NCBI GenBank assembly: GCA_029856045.1
Contig: JAHQWG010000028.1
Span: 160,001-224,000, forward strand
DNA length: 64,000 nt
Origin: Promethearchaeia archaeon
GTDB taxonomy: Archaea; Asgardarchaeota; Lokiarchaeia; Sigyniarchaeales; SOKP01
Direction of reading: 5' to 3'
Shown here: piece after piece, positions 30,951 to 41,545 of the stretch
Position numbering within the stretch: the first letter of the stretch is position 1
Layout of the letters: every line of letters begins with the position of its first letter
The notes under the pieces: model-generated
Databases searched by the model: none
What the model was told of the DNA's origin: nothing
What the model saw: the letters and a program-made list of their open reading frames with translations, nothing else
Made by a program: the position numbers and the translations under genes

Positions 30951-31736
30951 TTATTTATTTAATTTTTTTTGAAGCATTTTCTCTTTTTTAAACTGTCTAA
31001 GGGAGTATATACAGAGTGGATTCACCCATGCAAGAATAGAAAAAAGCAACATCCATTCCATAAATGGATTCGATATGGGTGTATATGCTGGCAATATCTG
31101 ATACAATATCATCGTTAAAGGGGGTATAATAATCATATAAATACCAAACTCTCTGGGAATGCTCGTTTTATAAAATACAATACATAAACCGAAGAAAAAT
31201 CCAGCGAATACAAAACCTCCAAAAGATAAAATACTTGCAATCCCATGGAGCCCCCAATAGTCTCTGTCTGCTGAAAACAACCCAACAAGTATATATCCAA
31301 TATTTCCTATAAGTCCAAATAAAAACCCATAACTAGAAAATCTAAATCTCCATCGTGAATATTGATGAAGTTCTTCTAGTTTAGAAGGAACCGGCGCTAC
31401 AGTTTTCTCTATAAAAAAAGTTAAAGATATTGTTAATGCACCAGCTAAACAGGCAGCTAAATCATAGAAAATAGGCATAGGGGTAAAATTGCTCCCTCCA
31501 AGGTCACTTATCCAATTATCCCATATATTATATCCATCAATTGCACTAAAATTAGAATTAAACTGGGCAATAATTACGCCAATAATTAATAAAGCATGAT
31601 AACCAATTAATGTGATAATCATTGATATTTTCACATTCCGGTGATCCGTGAGAAAATCCTCAGCCTTGTCATATTGATTTTTTATCCAAGCTAATAAAAT
31701 GTCTAACTTTTCATTTAATTTATCTAATAATTCCAC
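30951..31736 (-). CDS. DUF998/Frag1-like membrane protein (tandem paralog)
   Basis: YNIWDNWISDLG, GLFSAD, LH, MEW. Confidence 0.8.
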   Translation of the reverse strand: MELLDKLNEKLDILLAWIKNQYDKAEDFLTDHRNVKISMIITLIGYHALLIIGVIIAQFNSNFSAIDGYNIWDNWISDLGGSNFTPMPIFYDLAACLAGALTISLTFFIEKTVAPVPSKLEELHQYSRWRFRFSSYGFLFGLIGNIGYILVGLFSADRDYWGLHGIASILSFGGFVFAGFFFGLCIVFYKTSIPREFGIYMIIIPPLTMILYQILPAYTPISNPFMEWMLLFSILAWVNPLCIYSLRQFKKEKMLQKKLNK

Positions 31737-32000
31737 TTTTTCTCACTATTATAGATTAATTTTTTTAATGATAATAAAATAAATATTAAACTTATAACAA
31801 TATAATAATTCTTACAAGTTTAACGTTAGTTTTTAACAATGATGTTAAATTTAAAATGTGTAAAAAAGCATTTTTAAGAGTTTCTATTGGAATAGAAAAA
31901 CCATCTTTAAAAATTTTAATTCTTAATTTTTATTGAAAACACTTAATAATCTTGATTTTACTAATATTTTAAATTTGATTTACACTTTTATTTATTCACT

Positions 32001-32114
32001 GATATTTTAATCCATCAGTATTTTGGGATTGATCTTGAATTAACTTGGGAAGTTGTTAAAAGGGATATTCTTGATTTAAAGAAGAAAATTCAAAAAATAA
32101 TAAATAATTTGTAA
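32001..32114 (+). pseudogene. 3' remnant of a HepT/DUF86 (HEPN) toxin gene
   Basis: Hand translation DILIHQYFGIDLELTWEVVKRDILDLKKKIQKIINNL*; no start codon, and the Arg of the RxxxxH motif is missing. Confidence 0.75.
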
Positions 32115-32167
32115 AAATAATACAAATCCAAGAAGATATAAGAAAGAATAGATGTGATTTTTAAAAA

Positions 32168-33088
32168 ATGCCAATTGGACTTTTTTTGTATGAAATAGAC
32201 GAATCGTTTGGTCCTAATCTATTAGCAGAATATTATATTAAGGAGATTGGAATAACGAAAGAGATATTAAAAAACTTAGGCGATAATCATTTAAAAAAAA
32301 CAGACTTAAATTATATCACTCATACAAGGGATGATTTAAAGTATTATTCAAAAGAAATTAAATTAGATGAAAAATTATCAATATATTTAGGTTTTATAAC
32401 AACATCAGGAGAGTTTATTGATTCTTTTATAGCAGTTTTTGATGATATTGAAGCAAAAATCGTGGAAAATTTTTCTAAAGATAAAGAAAAATTAAAATCC
32501 CTTTTAAAAGAAATTCTTCATTCAAGAATTGAATTAGATGAGAAATTAAAAGAACCTAAATTAATTCGAGAAAAACTTAATGAACGAATAAAAGATCTTC
32601 TAGATGAGGAAAGGATCCAAGAAGCAAGAAATTTAATTGATTTGGGTGAGATTATTCCTGATGAGATTGCTCAATCAGTAAAAATTGCGGAAGAATTATT
32701 TAAATCTCAGGATTACAAAAATGCTAAAAAACATTATGTAAAAGCAGCAGAACTGGCAGAAAAAATAGAAGAACTTGAAATTCATAAAGTATTAGAGGAA
32801 AAGGCAAAAACTGCTGAAAATTATCCAACTTATTTAAGGGAACGAGATGAAGCTTATAAAAATTTAAAATATATCTTAAGTGAAATTGATTTTAAAAAAG
32901 ATGGATACTATTTACAAGCGATAGAACACATCAATAAGGCTGTGGAACTCTCCGAAAAACTCGATGATGATCTAATAATTACTGATCTAAATGAATTAAT
33001 TAATTTATGTAAAAATTGTTCTAATCTTTCTGAAAATATAAGACAAAATGATGAGATAATTAAGAATTTGCTAAAAAAGTTCATCTAA
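32168..33088 (+). CDS. Protein with N-terminal longin/uDENN-like domain and helical (TPR/MIT-like) repeats
   Basis: MPIGLFLYEIDESFGPNLLAEYY N-terminus; AEELFKSQDYKNAKKHYVKAAELA helical repeat. Confidence 0.55.
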   Translation: MPIGLFLYEIDESFGPNLLAEYYIKEIGITKEILKNLGDNHLKKTDLNYITHTRDDLKYYSKEIKLDEKLSIYLGFITTSGEFIDSFIAVFDDIEAKIVENFSKDKEKLKSLLKEILHSRIELDEKLKEPKLIREKLNERIKDLLDEERIQEARNLIDLGEIIPDEIAQSVKIAEELFKSQDYKNAKKHYVKAAELAEKIEELEIHKVLEEKAKTAENYPTYLRERDEAYKNLKYILSEIDFKKDGYYLQAIEHINKAVELSEKLDDDLIITDLNELINLCKNCSNLSENIRQNDEIIKNLLKKFI

Positions 33089-35017
33089 ATCTTTATTATC
33101 TTCAATTTTTTCTATAGATTCTCCACTTTCTTCTTCCGTTTCTTCTTCAAGACTATCTTCTGGAGTTTCTTTGATTACATCCTCCTTGATTTCGGTTGGA
33201 GTATCCTTAATTTCGATGAAATCTTCTTCCATTTTAGTTCTATCTTCCATTTTATCGGTTAGACTCTCATCTTCTGGAGGAGAATAATCTTCAATTTGCT
33301 CGAATGTTGTTTTTGCCATTTCCCAACCAATTCTTGATGGATATCGCATAGCAGAACGAATTAATTCCTCCCCTTCTTCATCATTTATCTCAAACTTAAC
33401 AATTTCAGGTGCCCTTTCAAGAATTAAAGAAAATTTCTTCCCTGCAGTTCCCCTAGGGACAATTAAAATTCCATTCGTTATTGCTCTATTAATAATAGCA
33501 TCATTTAATCTTTTTGCAGCATAATATGCTGCCACTCCTCCACTTCGATCAAATGCTTTTATAGATGGAATTTCCAAACCCCACCTTTTCATACCGAATT
33601 CAATCATTGCAGCAATAGTGTATTCTCGTTTCCCGATTTTAAATTTATATTCCATTTCATAATTAAAATCCTTTTTATTCACTTCTCCTAAGTCTATAAT
33701 ACTTTTTAACGCAGCTCCTGCAATTGAAGCTGGATTAACTTTAATGAGATATTCGGTGTCAAATATTTCTTCAATCTTTTTACGAGCTGCTGATAATTTA
33801 GATGAAATTATTGTTGTCTCTGCAGATATTGAAGGAGGTTGAGCTGTAGCCACAATATCTACCTCCAGTGAAGATAATTCTTCAAGAGACATCTCCCTAT
33901 TAATTATTTTATTAATAAATCTATTGCACAATTTAATTGCATCCCTTGGATTTCCCCCTGATTTTTCATAAATTACCTTTATTACTTCTTCATTTAACGG
34001 AAAAAGCGGATATAAGGGTGGATTTAAGTTATTCTGGTCCCAAAAATGCTCCATAGTATTCGCAAAGAAAAGTTTTAAATCATTCAAACTAAATGGTTTG
34101 AGTTCTTGTTCGGCTTCCATTCGAGAACGTAATGGTTGGTCAGCAATCTCCAAAATACGTGGCCATATCTCTTTCAGAACTGCAATCACTATAACTAATT
34201 TTTGAACTTCATTATATTGCTTTTTTAATACTTCTAAGAATTTTTGTTCTGCAATCTCTCCATGCATTCTATAAGGAGATTCGATCTCATCAAAATACAA
34301 TACAATTACTTTATCCAAATTTTCTGTAATAATTTTAATCATTGCAAGACAAGTATCATCATCCTCGATTACACTATTTATTCCTAATTCATCTAATTCA
34401 TTATCTTCAAGATCCTCCCCAAGTAACCAGCGCTCAGCTAGCGCTTTTTTATCTTTTTCTAAACGGAAATAGACTAATGCTTTGACAATATCAGCACCCA
34501 CACCAGGAAATTCTCTAATTCCACGTTGAATAACATCATCAGCTTTAGGCCTACTGAAAAATCCTCTTTTTTTTCCACCCCACTTAGTTACTAATTTTTC
34601 TGAAACAATTTTTATAACATCTGCTCCTAATTCTTCTATAATACATGTATAAATATGAAATAATACTCTAACGCTTGCTGGAGGCGAAGGAACGTATACA
34701 ATTGTCCAATTTATAGGTTCTAAACCTTCTACTTCAAATTCTTCTACTTGCCCAATTTTATCTTTATAAGCCCAAAATGCGTGAGTTTTTCCACTTCCAG
34801 CGCTACCTAGAATTGGAATTAACCTAGTTGACTTATCCCTATTTGTTTGTTTTATTACTCGGAAAATATTTCGGTCAATCTCTTTTCTTGGATTTGCAAT
34901 GTCAATTATATCAGGCAAATCTCCACGAGATACAAATTTATCAAAAAGTGTAAAAGTTCCTTCTCTTAAAACATCCAAATATAATTCCTTTTCATCTTCA
35001 CTAATATCTTTAAACAT
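33071..35017 (-). CDS. AAA+-type P-loop ATPase with acidic C-terminal tail
   Basis: GSAGSGKT (Walker A), VLYFDE (Walker B), LRSRM, SGGNPR. Confidence 0.82.
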   Translation of the reverse strand: MFKDISEDEKELYLDVLREGTFTLFDKFVSRGDLPDIIDIANPRKEIDRNIFRVIKQTNRDKSTRLIPILGSAGSGKTHAFWAYKDKIGQVEEFEVEGLEPINWTIVYVPSPPASVRVLFHIYTCIIEELGADVIKIVSEKLVTKWGGKKRGFFSRPKADDVIQRGIREFPGVGADIVKALVYFRLEKDKKALAERWLLGEDLEDNELDELGINSVIEDDDTCLAMIKIITENLDKVIVLYFDEIESPYRMHGEIAEQKFLEVLKKQYNEVQKLVIVIAVLKEIWPRILEIADQPLRSRMEAEQELKPFSLNDLKLFFANTMEHFWDQNNLNPPLYPLFPLNEEVIKVIYEKSGGNPRDAIKLCNRFINKIINREMSLEELSSLEVDIVATAQPPSISAETTIISSKLSAARKKIEEIFDTEYLIKVNPASIAGAALKSIIDLGEVNKKDFNYEMEYKFKIGKREYTIAAMIEFGMKRWGLEIPSIKAFDRSGGVAAYYAAKRLNDAIINRAITNGILIVPRGTAGKKFSLILERAPEIVKFEINDEEGEELIRSAMRYPSRIGWEMAKTTFEQIEDYSPPEDESLTDKMEDRTKMEEDFIEIKDTPTEIKEDVIKETPEDSLEEETEEESGESIEKIEDNKDLDELF

Positions 35018-35156
35018 GAGAATTTCGCTATTATTTTTTAATTTAAAATTTTAATTTTGAAGATATAATTGATTAAATATATATTTATTAGCCATTCCTT
35101 TCTTATATATAATTGTTTAATTTAAATAATCGTTATTAAATTTATATCAATAGAAT

Positions 35157-35807
35157 TTGGATAAAAAAGGTGGAAATTTTTTGAATAAAAAAAATAATGA
35201 TGATGAACATGAAGATGATTTTGACAAAAATGATGAATGGGGCGACCTTTGGGGAAACTTTAAATTTTTAGGGGATTCAAATTTTTTTAAGAACATTATC
35301 AATAGAATTATGAAGGACTTTTTAAAGCAAACTAAAGATTTTCCAAATTTCGGCAAATTTACACCTGAAGAATTAATGAAAAGCTTTGGAAAACATCACG
35401 ATAAATTTAATTTGCAGGGACCTTTTTTATATGGCATTAATTTATCTGTTGGACCTGATGGAAAGCCAAAAATTTCAAAATTTGGTAATATTCAACCTAA
35501 AATGGGTAAAAGAGAAATTGTAAATAACTTTCGTGAACCTCTCACTGAGGTTATGGAAGAGGAAGATTATATTATTATAGTTGCAGAAATGCCAGGAATA
35601 AAGAAAACCGATATAGAATTAAAGGCAACTGAATATTCTTTAACAATAAGTGCAGAATCGGATATTAATAAACGAAAATATAAAAAAAATGTTAATTTAC
35701 TTACTGCTATTGATCCTGATCACGCTAAAGCCCGTTATCAAAATGGGATTTTAGAGATTAAGCTAAATAAAATTACAGGAAAAGCGAAAAATATTAGCAT
35801 TGATTAA
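35157..35807 (+). CDS. hsp20: Archaeal small heat shock protein (Hsp20)
   Basis: GPFLYG..VGPDGKP..FGN, REPL, AEMPG, ARYQNGILEI; start could be TTG 35157 or 35181. Confidence 0.9.
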   Translation: MDKKGGNFLNKKNNDDEHEDDFDKNDEWGDLWGNFKFLGDSNFFKNIINRIMKDFLKQTKDFPNFGKFTPEELMKSFGKHHDKFNLQGPFLYGINLSVGPDGKPKISKFGNIQPKMGKREIVNNFREPLTEVMEEEDYIIIVAEMPGIKKTDIELKATEYSLTISAESDINKRKYKKNVNLLTAIDPDHAKARYQNGILEIKLNKITGKAKNISID

Positions 35808-35817
35808 CCTGGCTGAA

Positions 35818-36759
35818 TTAAAACTTTAATTTTTTAATAAAATCTCTAGTGAACTCTTCGTTTATTATTAATTGATCCTTGTTTGTTTCTTCATTTTTAA
35901 TTAGTATTATATTTGAAGAAAATCCTGCTCGCCCATTATGACCTCCACCACCATAACTAATGGCTATATCTCGGCAATTATAATGTTTGCTCCTAATTAC
36001 TACTTCATTTGTACGTTCATCAAACCCCATATAAAGATAATTATTGGGATATTTCGTCTCAAGTGTTCTACTAATTTTGCTTGCACTAAATCTCGCGAAT
36101 GAAATTACTAAGTTTTTACCGTTTTCAATGGGATAGATTTTATAATTTTTTTCAATCTCAATAATTTGCTCCTCTTTCCATTTTTGAGCCTTTTTTATTT
36201 CATTCTTGATAAAATAATCATTGAATTTCCCCTTTGAAAGTAAATCAACTATTCTTTCTAAATTTTTAATGTTCTCTCTATTATATGCAATAATCATCTG
36301 TAAATTTTGAGAAATTGGAAACTTTTTCTCGTTAAAATCAGCATCATATGCATAATTAGCGATTTCTTTTGCAATTGGGTTATTTGGTAAAAAATAATCG
36401 TATACAATTTGAGAAGCACATCGTTGAGGATCATTTAGATAAATGAATAAAATTTGTTTTAGTTGTTCTTGTATCTGAGAATCTACAAGATGATGATCAA
36501 ACCAAGAAATTTGAATACCTTTATTCACTGCCTTTTTAAAAATCGAAAAGATTTCCTTAAATGACTCATTAAATCCAATATCTGCTATAATAATTTTCTT
36601 TGGTTTTAGCTTTATAGCTTGGCGAACTATTTCAATAAAATTGGGATAAATTGCATAAAATAAATTTAATTCCTCGTCTTTCTTTTCAAAATATTTTTTC
36701 AAAATTGCTTGACTTCCTAATCCATCTAAATCAAGTGCATGATTTATTAAAATAATCAT
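35818..36759 (-). CDS. DHH-family phosphoesterase with DHHA1 domain
   Basis: HALDLDG, IADIG, WFDHH, GGGGHNGRAG. Confidence 0.88.
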   Translation of the reverse strand: MIILINHALDLDGLGSQAILKKYFEKKDEELNLFYAIYPNFIEIVRQAIKLKPKKIIIADIGFNESFKEIFSIFKKAVNKGIQISWFDHHLVDSQIQEQLKQILFIYLNDPQRCASQIVYDYFLPNNPIAKEIANYAYDADFNEKKFPISQNLQMIIAYNRENIKNLERIVDLLSKGKFNDYFIKNEIKKAQKWKEEQIIEIEKNYKIYPIENGKNLVISFARFSASKISRTLETKYPNNYLYMGFDERTNEVVIRSKHYNCRDIAISYGGGGHNGRAGFSSNIILIKNEETNKDQLIINEEFTRDFIKKLKF

Positions 36760-37217
36760 AGTTCAACAATTTGACATTCTTTCTTTATTGTATTTATAAT
36801 TTTTTGGGCAGAAGGATTAGTAATATGTTTTAATATAATTTCTGCAAGTTCTTTTTTCTTCTTGAAATAAGTTTCCATTACTTTATTCCAAGTCGTCCTT
36901 GGATATCTCTGAGAGAGTGCAAGATCTCTGCGTTCACATCCACCTGCTCGCATGCAACAATAACTAATCGATCCAAAACAAACAGTTTCCGAATCCCAGT
37001 TATTTTCTTTAGAAAATTCTTCTTTAATTTTCACAAATTCTTCGGGAGTAAGTCCTACTTCTTTTAATGTATGATCTCTCAAACATTTTAATCCAAAAGT
37101 TAATGAATATCCTGGCTTACAACAAAACGTTAAAGCTCTATAATCTCCTCCCATACAAATTGGGACAGGAGCATTTTTCCAACCAATAACATTTCTTAAT
37201 TTTTCTTTATCTAACAA
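36756..37217 (-). CDS. Methanogenesis marker 9 domain-like Cys-rich protein
   Basis: WKNAPVPICMGGDYRALTFCCKP..C, TVCFGSISYCC..C..RD; ATGA overlap with the DHH gene. Confidence 0.78.
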   Translation of the reverse strand: MLDKEKLRNVIGWKNAPVPICMGGDYRALTFCCKPGYSLTFGLKCLRDHTLKEVGLTPEEFVKIKEEFSKENNWDSETVCFGSISYCCMRAGGCERRDLALSQRYPRTTWNKVMETYFKKKKELAEIILKHITNPSAQKIINTIKKECQIVEL

Positions 37218-37345
37218 CCTTAATCAATAACTTAAGTTGTCAATTTTATTTATAATTAATAATTTTTAAAAATAAAGATAAAATTTGGGGAAAGATTGTT
37301 TCGCTGGAAGAATTAAAGGCGTGAATAAAAGAAAATAAGGTTTAA

Positions 37346-38839
37346 TTAAACAGTTTCGGGAATTAAAATCACAAAATTGCTTCCTTTTGTATAATCTCCT
37401 GGAACTCTGTCCTCAACCCAAATCTCTCCATTATAATTTTCTAATATTTTTTTCACAAGTGATAATCCTAAACCCATACCTCTAAATTTTTTATCTCTTT
37501 TATACCCTCCTTTAAAAATTATATCTTTTGCAACATCCGTTACCCCTATTCCATTATCTTTAAACTCAAGTTTCAAATATTTAATACCTTCTTTTTGAAT
37601 TTTTGAAATAATAATGATAATTTCAACTTGTGTATTATCATTATACTTCACTGAATTTAATAAAATATTTTCAAAAATATCGACCAGGAGTTCATTTGCT
37701 TGAATAAAGACCTTTTCAAAATTTGTATCAACTTTAATTAATATCTCTCTATCTTGGACACTCTTTTTAACAAATTCTATTGTTTTCCTTAAAAGATTAA
37801 TTGCTTCAGTTGATTTGATACCAATTTGAGTTTCTTCCAGTTTTGTTAGTTTTCGTACATTTAAGATTAAATTTGCACTTCTCTTAACTTGGCTTCTTAA
37901 AATTTGCAATATTTCCTTATTTTCTTCCGATTTTTCAGGGTTGTCCAAAAATAAGGACAATAATTCCACGGAAGTTAAAATATTTTGAAGGATGTTATTC
38001 ATATCGTGAGTAAATACGTCTTTATAAAAACTTACAAGGTTATAAGCATCTCGATATTTTGCCTCAGATTCTTTTATTTTTTCTTCTGCCTTCTTGCGCT
38101 TGGTAACATCACTAATCACACATCTTAATCCCGTAATTCTTCCTTCTTTATAAATTGGTCGGGAATTTATTCTACCATAAAATTTGGTACCATCCTTTTT
38201 TAATAGTAGATAATCGATAGGTCCGATAATTTCTCCATTAAAAACTTTTTTCATATTTTTACTTGCCTTTACTAAATCTTCGGGAGCAATCATTTGGATA
38301 ACTTTCAAACCTTTATTAAAATCTTCTTGGGAATACCCAAATAGTTCAAATGCAATTGAATTAGCATATGTTAGCTCTAATTTAGTATTAACCTCGGCAA
38401 CTAGATCAGGTAATAATTCGACCAATTCTCTATATCTTTCTTCAGATTCTTTTAATTTTTGCTCAGCATTCTTTTGCTTGGTGATGTCTATAACGACTTC
38501 AACAGCTTTATCAATGGTTCCATCTAGATTTGGGAATGGAGCTGAAATCAATTTATAACTTTTTCCATCAGGTTTTGTTATTTCCTCACTCTCTACAATA
38601 TTGTTTTTTATTGCTTTTACCATAGGACAGAAATCGCATGGTTTTTCAAGGTTCATATATTTTTCATAACATTTTTCTCCTGTAAAATCACCATATCTTT
38701 CTATTAAAAATTGATTTTGAAACAGAATTTTATAATCAATACTAACAATATCAATACCAATCCCTACATAAGTTAATCCTTCTACTAAAGAACGATATTT
38801 TTCTTCAGATTCTTCTAATTTTTTCTCTCTAGTATTCAT
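37346..38839 (-). CDS. Cytoplasmic PAS-domain sensor histidine kinase
   Basis: Two PAS/PAC units (DITKQK, DVTKRK), THDMNN H-box, ENILLNSVKY, DNGIG, GMGLGL; ATG 38839 preferred to TTG 38851. Confidence 0.92.
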   Translation of the reverse strand: MNTREKKLEESEEKYRSLVEGLTYVGIGIDIVSIDYKILFQNQFLIERYGDFTGEKCYEKYMNLEKPCDFCPMVKAIKNNIVESEEITKPDGKSYKLISAPFPNLDGTIDKAVEVVIDITKQKNAEQKLKESEERYRELVELLPDLVAEVNTKLELTYANSIAFELFGYSQEDFNKGLKVIQMIAPEDLVKASKNMKKVFNGEIIGPIDYLLLKKDGTKFYGRINSRPIYKEGRITGLRCVISDVTKRKKAEEKIKESEAKYRDAYNLVSFYKDVFTHDMNNILQNILTSVELLSLFLDNPEKSEENKEILQILRSQVKRSANLILNVRKLTKLEETQIGIKSTEAINLLRKTIEFVKKSVQDREILIKVDTNFEKVFIQANELLVDIFENILLNSVKYNDNTQVEIIIIISKIQKEGIKYLKLEFKDNGIGVTDVAKDIIFKGGYKRDKKFRGMGLGLSLVKKILENYNGEIWVEDRVPGDYTKGSNFVILIPETV

Positions 38840-39072
38840 TTTTAAATACAATTTCTGCTACTAATAGGATTTATGGAATTCTTGCTTCCCTTAAAATAAA
38901 TTAATATTAGACTATTATAAAGATTCATAAATTTATTTTTAAATATCGTCTTAAGATTTTAAATACAAAAATATAATACTAATTTATACTTAAATAGATA
39001 TTTAGAATAAGTTGAATAAATGGCTAAAACACCTTATATCATATGTTCTTAAAAAAATTAGTTTCAAATTAC

Positions 39073-39528
39073 TTATAGATTATGTATTTCTTTTTCAATG
39101 TTTTTTTGCCAATGTGGATCAATACAGTCCAATGCTTCTAGAGTCAAATCTTTAATCTCCGTATCGCTTGAATTAAATAAAATATTTAAATATGCTAAAG
39201 CCCTTTCATCACCAATTTTCATTAAGCTTTCAATAATATAAAATAAGCGCATTTTATCAATAAATTCTCTATCAAATTCCCTTTTTAAAACTTCTATAAT
39301 ACTCATCGTTGCCTTGGGGTGCCCAATTCTGCCCAATGCTTCAATAATTCTATTTATTACCGAAGGATTCTTTTCGGATTTAAATGCTTTTACTAGTAAA
39401 TTGACTGCTCGTCCATCTCTCATATAACCTAGGTTTCTTGCAGCATATGCTCTATCTTCCCATTTTTCTTCATTGAAAAGTCTCCTTAGATTTTCATTGA
39501 AATCATGATCTCGCGATTTTTTATTCAA
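39073..39528 (-). CDS. HEAT-repeat protein
   Basis: RAYAARNLG..D.RAV, IIEALGRIG, SLMKIGDERAL. Confidence 0.85.
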   Translation of the reverse strand: MNKKSRDHDFNENLRRLFNEEKWEDRAYAARNLGYMRDGRAVNLLVKAFKSEKNPSVINRIIEALGRIGHPKATMSIIEVLKREFDREFIDKMRLFYIIESLMKIGDERALAYLNILFNSSDTEIKDLTLEALDCIDPHWQKNIEKEIHNL

Positions 39529-39911
39529 CTCAGATCAACTATATCTTTAAAACAATTAGAGTTTTGTATTTATAATTTATAAATTATATAAAATTGGGTA
39601 ATAACAGATAAATATTTTACGGGATTTTTGGATTATTTTAATTATTAGAACATAATAGGGCAAGAGTATTTATATTTTTCATATTATCATGGAATATTTG
39701 GATTATCTCAATTTTTTATTATGATTAAAAAATGTTATTTCTTTGGAATTTTCTTTAAATTAAATTAAGATTTTTGATGAAATTGAAAAATGCTCTATTT
39801 TTTTTCTAATATTCTTTTCCAAAATAATTAATTGCATTATCCAAATTAAAAAAATATTTTATTGATTCTTGATTATTACACATAAATTAAAATATTTATA
39901 CAGTAGGGAGT

Positions 39912-41399
39912 TTGGATAATTTGAGTGAAATTTTTGATATTATTGTTATTGGCGCTGGTCCAGGAGGTTATCATACTGCAATTAGATCTTCTCAATATGG
40001 TGCAAAAGTAGCTATTATCGAGAAAAATAAAGTTGGAGGCACATGTCTTAATGTTGGATGCATACCTACAAAAGCACTTTATGCTTCTGCAAAACTTATT
40101 GAAGATATTGAGGAAAAAGCTGCGAATTTTGGAGTAAAAATCGATAATATCTCATTAAATTTTGGACAAGCGGTAGAACGAAAGAATAAAGTTGTAGTGG
40201 AATTAGTTCAGGGTATAGAAGGACTTTTAAAAATGTGGAAAGTCAAAATCTATTACGGATTTGGTTCTTTAAGCGGAGGAAATCCAGAAAGTGGTTATGA
40301 AGTTTCAGTTAAGAGTGATGATTCAACTATAACAATTAAAGGAAAGAGAATTATTCTTGCTACAGGAGCAGAACCTGCAATGATACCTGCATTTAATATT
40401 GATCATGACCGAATATTAACAAGTGATGATATTCTCGCTCCAAATTTTAAGATTGTACCCAAAAGTCTTTTAGTAATTGGCGGTGGAGTTATTGGTTGTG
40501 AATTTTCAAATATATTTAATCGATTTGGCTCAAAAGTAACTATTCTCGAATATTTACCCACAATTCTTGCAACAGAAGAACCGATGATTGTGAAAGAATT
40601 AAAATCAAAATTTAATGAAATAGGTATTAAAATTTTTGAGAATCAAAATGTTATTAATATAGAAAATACAGGTTCTGGAGTAAAAGCTACGACTTGTTCC
40701 GCTTCTGTTCCTAGAGATCAAATTGAATCTGCAGAAAAATCATATTATGATGCAGAATATTGTCTCGTTTCTATAGGCAGAGCTAAAATGTCTGCTAATT
40801 TGGGTTTAGAAAAATTCAATATCGAACTCCAACGAGGTGCAATTAAAGTAGATCCCAACACTTTAGAAACAAGCGTAAAAGGAATTTATGCTATTGGTGA
40901 TGTTATTCCTGGGATCATGCTTGCACATGTAGCAAGTTATGAGGGAGATATCGCCGTAGCAAACGCATTATCAAGCCTTGGAGGTTTTAATATACATCCA
41001 AGAGAAGCAGATTATTCTATAGTACCTGCTACCATCTTTACAAGCCCGGAAATTGGATCAGTTGGAATGAGGAGAAAGTCGTTGAAAGATAGAGGATTAG
41101 ACACTTTTACTGGAAAATTTAGTTATGCGGCTTTAGGAAAGGCAAAATGCATGGGAGAGGATAAAGGTTTCATTATGGTGCTTGCAGATAAAGAAACCGA
41201 TGAAATTATTGGGGCATCGTGCATTGGAGCTGAAGCACCAGAACTGATTGCTGAAATCACACTCGCTATGAAAAATAATTTAACTTCCCATCAAATAGCT
41301 GAGACCATTCACAGTCATCCAACAATTTCTGAAATGGTTCTTGAAGGTGTCGAGGACGTTCATGGAATGTCAATCCATAGGAAAGGCAGAAGAAGATAA
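39912..41399 (+). CDS. lpdA: Dihydrolipoamide dehydrogenase
   Basis: GAGPGGY, GGTCLNVGCIPTK redox disulfide, GGGVIG.E, HSHPTISE; TTG start with GGGAG SD. Confidence 0.95.
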   Translation: MDNLSEIFDIIVIGAGPGGYHTAIRSSQYGAKVAIIEKNKVGGTCLNVGCIPTKALYASAKLIEDIEEKAANFGVKIDNISLNFGQAVERKNKVVVELVQGIEGLLKMWKVKIYYGFGSLSGGNPESGYEVSVKSDDSTITIKGKRIILATGAEPAMIPAFNIDHDRILTSDDILAPNFKIVPKSLLVIGGGVIGCEFSNIFNRFGSKVTILEYLPTILATEEPMIVKELKSKFNEIGIKIFENQNVINIENTGSGVKATTCSASVPRDQIESAEKSYYDAEYCLVSIGRAKMSANLGLEKFNIELQRGAIKVDPNTLETSVKGIYAIGDVIPGIMLAHVASYEGDIAVANALSSLGGFNIHPREADYSIVPATIFTSPEIGSVGMRRKSLKDRGLDTFTGKFSYAALGKAKCMGEDKGFIMVLADKETDEIIGASCIGAEAPELIAEITLAMKNNLTSHQIAETIHSHPTISEMVLEGVEDVHGMSIHRKGRRR

Positions 41400-41403
41400 A
41401 GAA

Positions 41404-41535
41404 ATGGAAAAAAACCGCATTGCAGTTATTACTTTAAAAATACTCTTTTTTTTAATTTTTATTTTAGATTTCTTTATTATTGTAAGTTCGTTTTTATTAG
41501 GAAAGCGACAGACTCAATTAGAAAAAATTAAATAA
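41404..41535 (+). CDS. Putative 43-aa single-pass membrane peptide
   Basis: ATG 4 nt after the lpdA stop; MEKNRIAVITLKILFFLIFILDFFIIVSSFLLGKRQTQLEKIK. Confidence 0.35.
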   Translation: MEKNRIAVITLKILFFLIFILDFFIIVSSFLLGKRQTQLEKIK

Positions 41536-41545
41536 TTTCTTGAAT

